From Chiloscyllium plagiosum (lineage: Eukaryota): DNA of 23,574 bases. Under the pieces are notes generated by a model. That model ran no database searches, had not been told where the DNA came from, and saw only the letters and a list, made by a program, of their open reading frames with translations. Shown here one piece after another: positions 10,093 through 20,399 of the stretch. The stretch's first letter is position 1, and the number at the start of each line of letters is the position of its first letter. The stretch lies in NCBI RefSeq assembly GCF_004010195.1, contig NC_057759.1:5446154-5469727 (forward strand). Direction: 5' to 3'. Made by a program: the position numbers and the translations under genes.

Positions 10093-10619
10093 GTTATGGT
10101 GAATGATTTGGATGTGAGGTTGCAGGTATTGTAAGTAAGTTTGCAGATTACACAAACAATGTAGGTGTAGTAAACAGCAAAGAAGGCTACCTCAGAATAC
10201 AGCAGGATCTCAATCAGATGGGCCACTGGACCCAGGAGTGACATATTGAGTTCAATTTAAATCAATATGAGGTGCTGCAATTGGAAAGGCAAATCAGGGC
10301 AGGACTTACACACTTAATATAAATGTCCTGTGGAGTGTTGCTGAGCAAAGAGACGTTGGAATGCAGGTTCATTGTTACTTGAACGTGGAGTTATAGTTAG
10401 AAAGGATAGCAAAGAAGGCATTTGATATGTTTTCGTTTACTGGTCAGAGCTCTGCTTATGTGACTTAGGAGAACATGTTATAGGTTTACAGAACATTGGT
10501 AATGCCACTTTTGGAATATTATGTGCAATTCTGGTCTCTCTCCTATAAAAAGAATATTGTGAAACTTGAAATGACTACTTAAGATAGTTTTTGGTCCAAA
10601 GAAAAGGCCTACAATTTGG

Positions 10620-11570
10620 GAAGAAATATAGCGAGACAGGAAGGCTGCAAACTGATCCAAATTCAGCAAATGACTGCGAAAAAGGATTTAACTAACAAAG
10701 AACAAATGAAGAAGAGAGTAATGTTGTGAAAACCATTTTTTATAAAACTGCTAAAACACTAATAAATGTGTAAAGAGAGAAATGAACATTAATAGGTTGG
10801 CAAAGAGGACCACATGCCATTTAAAAAAAAACTGCTAAAACACTAATAAATGTGTAAAGAGAGAAATGAACATAAATAGGTTGGCAAAGAGGATCACATG
10901 CCATTTAAAAAAACTGCTAAAACACCAATAAATGTGTAAAGAGAGAAATGAACATAAATAGGTTGGCAAAGAGGACCACATGCCACTTACAACATTAAAG
11001 AGGGAAGTTCAAAATGGGGAACGAAAATGTCTCAAAAAACGCTAACATATTATTGTTCTCTGTTCACAAATGTTCACACAACTAACACAGTAGTGATATT
11101 GGTGAGTTTAGTGAGAGGGAAGAACTGAACCAAATCAGTATATTTGAGAAATGATGTTGGGACAGTGGACAGGATTGAAGGTTGGGAAACACCAGTCCTT
11201 GATCATCTATGTCCCAGAGTATTTAATGTAGTGGGCTGAGTAATACTGGATGCAGTGATGGTCATGTTCCAAGATTCGAAACACTCTGACATAATTTACA
11301 CAGATTGGGGGCGAGGTAGTGTAAGCAATCCAATGGAAAAGGGAGGTAGGTATAAAATTGTGAACTATAGACCAGTCAGCCTGCAGGGAAAAAATCAAAA
11401 TGAAAGCTTCAATTGCGAAGCATTTGACAAAACAGTATTCAGGATCTGCTGGAGTCAGCATGAACATGAAGGGCCTGTTCCAGTGCACACTTCTGTCTTC
11501 TAAGCTTGACAAACCGACTGGCCATCATTGAGGGTGTAAACAGTAGAGTTGATGAGAGTGTAACAGTAAC
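10620..11570 (+). mobile_element. Older CR1 ORF2 fragment
   Basis: EKGGRYKIVNYRPVSL and GKTPVLDHLCPRV-like RT-proximal motifs. Confidence 0.7.
10744..10985. repeat. ~83-bp tandem triplication
   Basis: ACTGCTAAAACAC at 10747, 10831 and 10913; units nearly identical. Confidence 0.95.
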
Positions 11571-11744
11571 TGAGGAGAAAAAACTACAACTAACTCCCTG
11601 GGCACCGCTGCAAAGGCTGAAAGGATGAGACATTCTATCCTGCCACACTTACATTTGGTGATATTTCTGGCGTATGACTGTGTGAATGTGAATATTGTGT
11701 CAGAGAGGCTGTCGGAAAAGGGCGGACGGTTAGTCGAACGTAAC

Positions 11745-11751
11745 TGTGTTT
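11745..11751 (+). promoter_or_regulatory. Upstream TG box of the H1 promoter
   Basis: TGTGTTT, the exact reverse complement of the H1 box, starting 354 nt upstream of it. This fits the ~350 bp TG-box spacing I recall for amniote H1 genes. Confidence 0.6.
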
Positions 11752-12098
11752 GTGTGTCCGTGAATATTATGGTATTTCTGGGTCTCTCTTGTGAAAATCA
11801 AAAACATTTTCAATTCAACTTATTCCCCGGCTCCCCCACTAGACCCCAAAGGTAAAATTTAAGACGATGTATTCGTTGATTTCAAGATTGCAGTCTAAAA
11901 GTACCGACAATGTCAGCGCTCAGCTCAAAGAGCTCGATCTGTGCGGCAGCAAAACGCGTTTAACTCGACAGCGGAGCCATCTATTCGGGTGAAAACACTT
12001 CAGTCGCAACCCTTCCCTTGTCTGGATCAGGAGCGATCGAGCCTGGCTCTCTGGAGATGCGGAATTTCAGAGGAATCGGAGAGTTTAGGCCGTTAGAG

Positions 12099-12105
12099 AA
12101 ACACA
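12099..12105 (+). promoter_or_regulatory. H1 box (AC box)
   Basis: AAACACA in the context GAGAAACACAG, about 150 nt upstream of the H1 ATG. Confidence 0.8.
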
Positions 12106-12253
12106 GAAAGGCAGCAGGAACAGGGAGCTGACAGCAGGTTGTCCCTGCGCCGTCCGCTCGCTGCCTTGAAGTTGCTCAGTGCCGCCGCCAACAGCTTCAT
12201 TGCTGACCCAGTTCAGACTGACCCAGAGAGAGATTCAGCGCAGAGTTCTCAAC

Positions 12254-12666
12254 ATGAGCGACAGTGCAGCCGCCGAAACGGCTCCTCCTCCTTCAAACTC
12301 CCAAAGATTCCAGTCAAGGCAAAAGCGGGAAAGAAGGCGGGAACATCAGCGGCCGCCAAGAAACCGGCCGTGAAGAAATCACCGGCCAAGAAGGTGACAG
12401 CGAAGAAATCTAAGGTCAAGAAAGCGACAGTCAAGAAATCTCCAGCCAAGAAAGCGACAGTCAAGAAATCCCCAGCCAAGAAAGCCAGCGGTAAGAAGCC
12501 GGCACCGCCAAAGAAAGCGGTGAGCAAAGCAGCGCCAAAGAAACGGACTCCGGTGAAGAAGGTGAAAAAGGTCAAGGCCCCTAAAGCTCCCAAACCCCTC
12601 AGCAAACCGGCTAAAGGCAAGGCCAAGCCCAAAGCGAAAGTGACCAAGACAGCAGCAAAGAAATGA
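12254..12666 (+). pseudogene. H1: Histone H1 (replication-dependent type) with globular domain deleted and a frameshift
   Basis: ATG at 12254 reads MSDSAAAETAPP (H1 N-terminus). In a different frame, from 12289, it reads SFKLPK...KKSPAKK...AAKK* (end of the GASGSFKL motif plus 125 codons of Lys/Ala/Pro-rich tail, stop 12664-12666). The winged-helix domain between them is absent. The ATG frame stops at 12373 (39 aa). Confidence 0.93.
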
Positions 12667-12696
12667 TCCAGTCGGTGTAACATGTAACCATCTGAA

Positions 12697-12743
12697 CCCA
12701 AAGGCTCTTATCAGAGCCACCCACATCTCTCAGGAAAGAGCTG
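12697..12743 (+). terminator. Histone mRNA 3' processing signals: stem-loop and histone downstream element
   Basis: CCCAAA-GGCTCT-TATC-AGAGCC-ACCCA (hairpin 12703-12718) followed by AAAGAGCTG (12735-12743), matching the U7-binding HDE consensus. Confidence 0.96.
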
Positions 12744-13120
12744 AGCCCGGATCCAATGTTCCCCGTCCCGACGCCAAACACAAACCTGCCTTAGATGTTA
12801 ACTGATCTGAATAACTCAAATACACACTCATGCCATGGTTTACAAGAGCGGAGACTGGGGAATGGGAGAGAGTTTATTGATCTCCATCTGGTTATTTCAC
12901 TGCGCGACTTATAACTCTACCGAGTCACGAATGTGACATATTGTAGTGTTTGTATTTCACTGACCCGTTCAGGAATGTTACTTTGTTCAGTTTTGATTCT
13001 GAGACCCTGCGGATGTTTTCATGGCGTGTTCCTTCCATCTGCCTGTTACAGACAGTTCATGCAGCAATTCCACATTGTCTTCGGGCTAATTACAATCTGG
13101 GCGAAATACACAAAAAAACA

Positions 13121-13415
13121 GGGGCGGCACGGTAGTTCAATGGTTCGCACTGACGCCTCACAGCGCCAGGGACGTCAGTGTGGAGTTTGCACATTCTCCC
13201 CGTGTCTGCGTGGGTTTCCTCTGGGTGCTCCGGTTTCCACCCACAGTCCAAAGATGTGCATGTTAGGTGAATTGGCTGTGCTAAATTGCACATAATGCTA
13301 GATGGATTAGTCAGGAGAAAATGTAGGGGAAAGGGTCTGGGTGGGGTTGCTCTTCGGAGGGTCGGTGTGGACTTGTTGGGCCGAAGGGCCTGTCTCCACA
13401 CTGGGTAATCTAATC
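13121..13415 (+). mobile_element. HE1-type V-SINE with B-box region deleted
   Basis: GGGGCGGCACGGTAGTTCAATGG head, V domain TGTGGAGTTTGCACATTCTCCC, tail TAATCTAATC. Confidence 0.92.
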
Positions 13416-13487
13416 ATAAAATGAGATTCTGTCCTTTTATCGGTGTACACTGCATTAGCTTTTAAGATGTTTAAATTGGCGGGATTG

Positions 13488-13987
13488 NNNNNNNNNNNNN
13501 NNNNNNNNNNNNNNNNNNNNNNNNNNNNNNNNNNNNNNNNNNNNNNNNNNNNNNNNNNNNNNNNNNNNNNNNNNNNNNNNNNNNNNNNNNNNNNNNNNNN
13601 NNNNNNNNNNNNNNNNNNNNNNNNNNNNNNNNNNNNNNNNNNNNNNNNNNNNNNNNNNNNNNNNNNNNNNNNNNNNNNNNNNNNNNNNNNNNNNNNNNNN
13701 NNNNNNNNNNNNNNNNNNNNNNNNNNNNNNNNNNNNNNNNNNNNNNNNNNNNNNNNNNNNNNNNNNNNNNNNNNNNNNNNNNNNNNNNNNNNNNNNNNNN
13801 NNNNNNNNNNNNNNNNNNNNNNNNNNNNNNNNNNNNNNNNNNNNNNNNNNNNNNNNNNNNNNNNNNNNNNNNNNNNNNNNNNNNNNNNNNNNNNNNNNNN
13901 NNNNNNNNNNNNNNNNNNNNNNNNNNNNNNNNNNNNNNNNNNNNNNNNNNNNNNNNNNNNNNNNNNNNNNNNNNNNNNNNNNNNNNN
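13488..13987. other. Assembly gap (500 N)
   Basis: Run of exactly 500 N, suggesting a placeholder size. Confidence 0.99.
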
Positions 13988-15035
13988 TATGACTGTATAT
14001 GGAAAGGATCTTCCTGGGAATACGTCAAGAGAAGTTATTTGTGCAGAATTGAAAAATAAGAAAGGGATGGTCACGTTATTGTGATTGCACTATAGAGCCA
14101 CCGATAGTCAGCGGGAAATTGAGAAACAAATTTGTAAGGAGATCTCAGTTATCTGTAAGAATAACAGGGTGGCTTTGATAGGGGATTTTAACTTTACAAA
14201 CGTAGACGATGTAGAGGAATTTTTTACGTGTGTACAACAACATTTTCTGATTAAGTATGTGATTGTTCCTACTGGAGAAGATGGAAAACCTAATCTACTG
14301 TTGGGGAATAAGACAGAGCAAGTGACTGAGGTGGCAGTATGGGAAAACTTTGGGGTCAGTGCCCATAATTCTATTTATTTTAAATAGTGATGATAAAGAA
14401 GAGACAGGATCTAAAACTTAATGTTCTAAACTTGAATGGGTTCCAAAAATATTGACAAGCATTTTGCCACAAAACTTTGGGGTCAGTGCCCATAATTCTA
14501 TTTATTTTAAAATAGTGATGATAAAGAAGAGACAGGATCTAAAACTTAATGTTCTAAACTTGAATGGGTTCCAAAAATATTGACAAGCATTTTGCCACAG
14601 TTGGAGAGTTTGAGCTAAAGGGAGAGTCTGAATTGGCTGTGGCTGTTTTCTCTGGGGCCTCACAAGCTGAGGCTTGACCTTACAGAGGTTTATAAGATCA
14701 TGAGGGACTTGAATAGGGTTAATAGACACGGTCTTTGCGCTGAGTCCACAACTGGGGGGCATAGGTTTCAGTTTAGAGAAGAAAGATTTGAAATGGACCT
14801 AAGGGGCAACATTTTTCACAAACAGGGTGGTACGTGTTTGGAATGAGCTGCCAGAGGAAGTATTGGAGGCTGGTGCAATTACGTTTTAAAGGCATCTGGA
14901 TGGATATATGAATAGGAAGGGTTTAGAGAGATGTGGACAAAATGCTGACAAATGGTTCTAGGTTAGGTTCGGACATCTGTTTGGCGCACACCAGATGGAC
15001 GGAAAGGTGTGTTTCCGTGCTGTATAGCTCATGAC
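13988..15035 (+). mobile_element. CR1 ORF2: endonuclease joined to 3' end by a large internal deletion
   Basis: ALIGDFNF endonuclease motif, then a jump near 14425-14435 to KLEWVPK-like post-RT sequence and the CR1 3' UTR. Confidence 0.88.
14344..14599. repeat. 127-bp near-perfect tandem duplication
   Basis: AAAACTTTGGGGTCAG at 14344 and 14471. It spans the CR1 deletion junction. Confidence 0.95.
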
Positions 15036-15244
15036 TTGCAGTTCCTTGCTGAATATCAGTGTCAAATGATACTTTTCGGCAGGCACAATGGTATAATAAC
15101 TTTATTTCAATTAGCTTTACAATAATAAAGCTGAACAACTGCTGATCATCCTTACTAAGACCGAAAAATCCAAATAACAGTTAACTTACTGCACTGATTC
15201 CAAGTATGCCGCATTTGAACTCTTTTTCTCCACTACCATTCCCT

Positions 15245-16362
15245 TATTTTTTACTTCTGGGACATGGATGTGACTGACTGGGCCCAGCATTAATCACCCT
15301 TGAACCTTGAATCACAGCAGTTAATATGCTGTACATATGCCCCCCAGTGTCCTGAGGGAGGGATTTCCAGGACGTCAACCCAACGGCACTTAATAGACAG
15401 CCGATATATTTCCAAGTTAGAATGGTGAGTGGCTCGGAGGGGATATTGCAGGGTGTCATGTTCCTACGTATCCACTGCTCTTGTTCTTCCAGATGGAAGT
15501 GGTCATGAGTTTTGTCTCAGGATTGTTGGTGAGTTTGTGCAATAATCTTATAGATGGTACACACTGCTGCTATTGAGAATTGGTGGTTGAGGAAGTGGAT
15601 GTTGTGGATATGGTGCCAATCACGTGGGAGCTGCTTTGTTCAGGATAGAATAGAGTTTAGATTAGAGTGGTGCTTGAAATGCACAGTAGGTCAGGCAGCA
15701 TCCGAGGAGCACCAAAATCGATATTTCAGGCAGGAGCCCTTCATCAGATTCTCGAGTTTCTCGTGTGTTCTTGGAGCTGCATCCTGAGAAATGGGGAGTA
15801 TTGCATCACACTTCCGACTTGTGCCTTTTAAATCGTGGGCAGGTTTTGGGGGGAGTCAGGAGGTGAGTTACTCGCTGAAGTAGTCCTAACCTCTGGCGTG
15901 CTCTTGTAGCCACAGTACTGATATGGAGAGTCCAGTTCAGTTTCTGGTCAACAGTAACTCCCAGGACATCGGTAGTGGGGGTATTCAGTGATGACAATAC
16001 CATTGAAAATCAAGGGGGTTATGGTTAGATTCTCTCTCAAAGAGAACCACCGGGATGTTGGTATTGTGGGGGATAGGGTGTTGGTGGATTCAGTGATTTC
16101 AACATCATTCAAAATCAAGGGACGATGGTTCGATTCTCTCTCAATGGTAAACCCCAGAACGTTCGTAGTGAGGTGATTCAGTGATGGGAACATTATTGAA
16201 TATTAATAGGCTATGGTTCGGTTCTTTCTGATTGGAGAATGTAATAGCATAGTGCAAATGTCCCTTGCCACATTTCTGCACAAGCCTGGATATTATCAAT
16301 ATGTTGCTGCTTTTGGACATAGACTGCTTCAGTATCTGAGGACTGGCGAATGGAACTGAAGG
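15245..16362 (-). mobile_element. L2/CR1-clade LINE RT C-terminus and 3' end
   Basis: VLGVTVDQKLNWTLHISTVATRARQRLGLLQRV and IDNIQACAEMWQGTFA. Confidence 0.85.
15651..15747 (-). mobile_element. PLE pLTR fragment with hammerhead core
   Basis: Minus strand CTGATGA-A-GGGC-TCCT-GCCT-GAAA-TA-TC (15720-15747). Same family as 2116-2321. Confidence 0.8.
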
Positions 16363-16364
16363 TT

Positions 16365-17010
16365 TGAGTCATGGAGAAGAACAGCACGTAAACAGTCCCT
16401 TTAGACCAACTCATTCATGCCGATCAGATAACCTAAATCAATCTAAACCTGCTTGCCAACATGTGGATCATATCCCACTAAACCATTCTTATTCATGTCC
16501 CTTTTCAATTTGCCTCTCTCACCTTAAACCTATGCCCTCTAGTTGGATTGTCCTACCCTGGGAAAATGACGTTTCCTATTTACACTATCCATGCCCTCAT
16601 GATTTTAAAAAGCTATATATTTTGTAAACCACAGTCTTTGACGCTCCAGGTAAACTAGCCTCTCCCTATTTATCAAATCCAACAACATGGCAACGTGCTT
16701 ATATATCTTTTCTGAATCCTTTCATGCTTAACACCGCTTTTCCTATTGCAAGGAGAACAAAATTGAATACAGTATTTAAAAAAAGGCACAACCAATGTCC
16801 TGTACACCCGCAACATGACATCACAACTCCTATCCTCAATGTACTCACCAATGAAGGCACCAAACGTCTTCTGCACCACCCTGCCCACCTGCAACTCCAC
16901 TTTCAAGAAAATATGAACCTGCACCCATAAGTCTTTGTTCAGCAATATTCCCCCAGATGCTACATTTAAATGTATAAACCATGCCTTGATTTGTTTTACC
17001 AAAATGCAGC
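16365..17010 (-). mobile_element. CR1 3' fragment
   Basis: KDLWVQVH...YRTLVVPFFKYCIQFCSP...ERIQKR followed by a CR1 tail. Confidence 0.88.
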
Positions 17011-17885
17011 AAATTACTTTAACCTAATATTTTACTAATTTGAAATAATGTGGTCAGGAATAGAGCTCATGAAAGGACGTCATAGTTGACATAGTTGAAA
17101 CCAGGTTTTACCCAATGATGGGTCCTGCTGGTGGCAATGTTTGTCCTCACCAAAGTAGCAATGTCAGCACATAATGCTAGCCATCAGACATAAAGAATGA
17201 CCAACATGTTTATTTTGGAGTGTTGCGATGGGGCAGCGTGGGGGTGAAGACTGGAAGGTGGAGTTGAGGATGTTTAGATCAAAAACGTTACTGTTAAATA
17301 GTGGAGCAGATTCGATGGGCTGAACTGCCTACTCCCATTCTTACATCTTATGGTCTTCACAGACTGAGAACAATCAAATTACACGCAGCGAGCAAAAGCA
17401 AAACCCTTGCACAGAATTAGGCCAAATTACACAGTAAGAGACCAGAGACACCCAAATTATCTCCAGTTAGAATCAGGCCTCAGGATTAGGGCAGAGGTGA
17501 ATATTGGCGGTCTACTAATCATGGAACACCCCTCTTGAAATTCACCCTAATTTCCAGTAGCTGAATTTGGAGAGAAAAGCTGGGACTATTCTAAAAACTA
17601 TAGAAGATGACGTAAAGATTTCAGGCAAACTGAGACCTATTTTGAGTAGTTGCATTGACCTTCGCGTCCTCCATAGGAACCAGACAGCCAATCTCTTCCA
17701 AAGCCAATGTCAATTTGCTCCCGCTCGAGTTGACACTCTTGCAAATTGTCCTGATTGGTTTCAAGATGAGAAACGAAAGACACCATTTCCATTTAGCCAG
17801 ATCAGCGTTAGTGAACTATGGTTTCCATCTCGTGTTAGTCTCTCCCCACACCTCCCACCACACCGCGGCCACTCGGTTCACTCAC

Positions 17886-18152
17886 TCTGGACAGTGACCT
17901 CCACCGGGAGGGATGTGAACATCGAAAGGTTCTGGAAAACTAAGCAGCGGTACCATCCTGAATCCAATGGGGTCGCTTGGTGGATGTGATAGATGTTGCG
18001 AGACACAGAAGCAGAGCTCACAAGGGTTTCGTTTCTTAAGAAGGAAATTTGTCCTCTCCCACACATGTGATCCTGGGCACATGTACAATTCAGTATGATG
18101 GAATCACCGGCTCTCTGCAGTCTGGGATTCACCTGCAAGATCACTGGACTTT
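17886..18152 (-). CDS. Internal exon encoding a C2-type Ig domain, Fc-receptor-like
   Basis: Acceptor ctctgtcaatttcag, donor CAGA|gtgagt, 267 nt, phase 1-1, open frame: SPVILQVNPRLQRAGDSIILNCTC...ISFLRNE...IHQATPLDSGWYRC...TSLPVEVTVQ, with GDSIxLxC and DSGxYxC motifs. Confidence 0.9.
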
Positions 18153-18258
18153 CTGAAATTGACAGAGTGGTTAAAATGTTTTGTGATGTAAACCATAGGA
18201 TTTTGATTAATCATTTTCAATATCTGTTGCTTGGATATCTGCTTCAAATTGGAGGAAA

Positions 18259-18472
18259 TGTGACAATGTCAGCCGGGTGGAACACATAGAATATGAGTTA
18301 CCTGATTGGGGCTATTAACCAGGTCCAATCAGAGAGTCCTGGCCGAAAGATATAAACGGGAGTGGCAGCGGTTCAATCTCTAAGCCAATTCTGAGCTAGC
18401 TATGTCAATGTACTGTACACATGTAAATAAAGGGTGACTTGACTGACCACCAGCCTCAGTGGAGTTATTTCA
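18259..18472 (+). mobile_element. Short LTR-like element (Gypsy-type)
   Basis: TG...CA ends, CCAAT, GATATAAA and AATAAA in LTR order. No TSD seen. Confidence 0.55.
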
Positions 18473-18499
18473 GTAGCAATTGACTGACACATTTTCGTC

Positions 18500-19840
18500 T
18501 CTACATCTGATGTTAATACATTAACTGGAAGGTACTTCTGACACTATTCCATCCATAAACAGTTTGAAAGCCTGGATATAGACTGAATAGCTTTCTGTAT
18601 TTAGATTGCTTTTTGCTGGAATGAGATATGCCTTGGGATGAACATTCATAACATGACAGCATTTTTCGTTAGGATTGAGAGTGAGATTCTGAAGCTAGTT
18701 TCCTGAATCTTAATAAGGAAAACTATGATGGTACGAGGCATGAGTAGGCTATGATGGATTGGGAAATGTTACTGAAAAGAATGAGATTGGGTGGACATTC
18801 AGCAAATGAATGGGTTAACTATCAAATTATTTATTCCAATCTGATTTAAGTGCAACGAGAACAGTGGCCAAACTATGGCTTACAGGGGAAGTTTCAGAAC
18901 GCAACTGGAAGGTACTTCTGACACCATTCCATCCATAAACAGTTTGAAAGCCTGGATATAGACTGAATAGCTTTATGTATTTAGATTGCTTTTTGCTGGA
19001 ATGAGATATGCCTTGGGATGAACATTCATAACATGACAGCATTTTTCGTTAGGATTGAGAGTGAGATTCTGAAGCTAGTTTCCTGAATCTTAATAAGGAA
19101 AACTATGATGGTACGAGGCATGGATAGGCTATGATGGATTGGGAAATGTTACTGAAAAGAATGAGATTGGGTGGACATTCAGCAAATGAATGGGTTAACT
19201 ATCAAATTATTTATTCCAATCTGATTTAAGTGCAACGAGAACAGTGGCCAAACTATGGCTTACAGGGGAAGTTTCAGAACGCATTAGATACAAAAAAGTC
19301 ATTCAAATTAGCAAGAAAAGAAACAATAGCATTGAAGATGAGGAACTGTTCAGAAGTCACCGAAGGAGCACCAAAAGATTGAGTGCCAAGAGGCAACTAG
19401 AATATGAGTGCAGGCTTGCAGGGAACATAAGAACTGACGGTAAAAGCTTCTGCAAATATGAAAAGAGAAAAAAAAATCTGAAAACCAATCTAAGTCCCTT
19501 GCAGTCAGAAACAAGAGAACTTACACTGAGCAACAAAGAAACGGCTGATGAACTAAATTATACTTCACTTCTATCTTCATACAGGAGATAAAAACTGTGC
19601 TGGAAATGATGGGGAACACAAAAGTTGTTGAGAGGGAGGAAATAAAGGAATATTGCTGGGGAAATTGATGGGATGCAAGGGAGATCGATGTTCAGGACCT
19701 GACAATCTACATCTCAGAGTGGTTAAGGAAGAGGTCTTAGAATTAGTGGTTGCATTGGTGATAGTGATCCAACAGACTGTGGGACAGTGCCTATGGATTA
19801 GACGGTTGCTGTTGCATCCTTACTATTTAAAAAGGGAAGT
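18500..19840 (+). mobile_element. Decayed CR1 ORF2 fragment
   Basis: EYECRLAGNIRTDGKSFCKY and KGDRCSGPDNLHLRVVKE. Confidence 0.85.
18523..19282. repeat. 380-bp near-perfect tandem duplication
   Basis: AACTGGAAGGTACTTCTGACAC at 18523 and 18903. Single copy in the paralogue at 22251-22630. Confidence 0.96.
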
Positions 19841-19991
19841 AGAGTCATAGAGTAATGCAGCATGGAAATAGGCCCTTTGGCCCAAATAAGTCCTCCGTTA
19901 ATTAAAACCAGGCACCCAGAAAAGCTCACCTTGGCTCTTAATCAATTAAAATGCGAGTGAGTGATAGAGAATTCCTAATTTCTACTATTTA

Positions 19992-20395
19992 GATTAGATG
20001 ACTTTTTAGATTACTTACAGTGTGGAAACAGGCCCTTTAGCCCAACAAGTCCACACCGACCCGACGAAGTGCAACCCACCCAGACCCATTCCCCTTCATT
20101 TACCCCTTCACCTAACACTACGGGCAATTTAGCGTGGCCAATTCACCTAACCTGCACATTTTTGGATTGTGGGAGGAAACCCCTCCGGCGACCGACTGTG
20201 TGGAGTTTGCACATTCTCCCCGTGTCTGCGTGGGTTTCCTCCGGATGCAGGTTAGGTGAATTGGCCACGCTAAAATTGCCTGTAGTGTTAGGTGCAGGGG
20301 TAAATGTAGGGGAATGGGTCTGGGTGGGTGCGCTTCGGCGGGTCGGTGTGGACTTGTTGGCCCGAAGGGCCTGTTTCCACACTGTAAGTAATCTA
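19992..20395. mobile_element. Two 5'-truncated HE1 SINEs head-to-head (inverted repeat)
   Basis: Minus copy to 20181, plus copy 20182-20395. Both 3' tails point outward. Confidence 0.92.
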
Positions 20396-20399
20396 ACTA

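Larger units (their letters stand above)
7550..10572 (+). mobile_element. Decayed CR1 (HER1-like) LINE: ORF1 esterase, ORF2 endonuclease and RT
   Basis: ORF1 SGNH-like pieces (VCCLPG, VHIGTN, FLDHWNLFWG, KDGIHLN); endonuclease start LNCIYFNAR; GEHFGTNDHN; DWRLANVVPLFKKG; SKFAD; PLLEYYVQFWS. Many stops and frameshifts. Confidence 0.92.

Noticed and set aside
12139..12253. 175-aa ORF extension with PLAALKLLSAAA resembling the H1 motif SLAALKKALAA
   Set aside because: It starts at TTG, lies upstream of the true ATG and has no other globular-domain motifs. Probably chance in GC-rich sequence.
12249..12726. Hydrophobic antisense ORFs of 150 and 115 aa
   Set aside because: Shadow of the Lys/Ala codons of the H1 tail.
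13307..14084. Long ORFs across the gap
   Set aside because: Artefacts of translating Ns.
17151..17206. Possible signal-peptide or transmembrane exon ending TTTG|gtgagg on the minus strand
   Set aside because: Stop codons follow the available ATGs and there is no long hydrophobic frame.
17567..17989. 140-aa plus-strand ORF
   Set aside because: TTG start, no recognisable motif, and it overlaps the better-supported minus-strand Ig exon.
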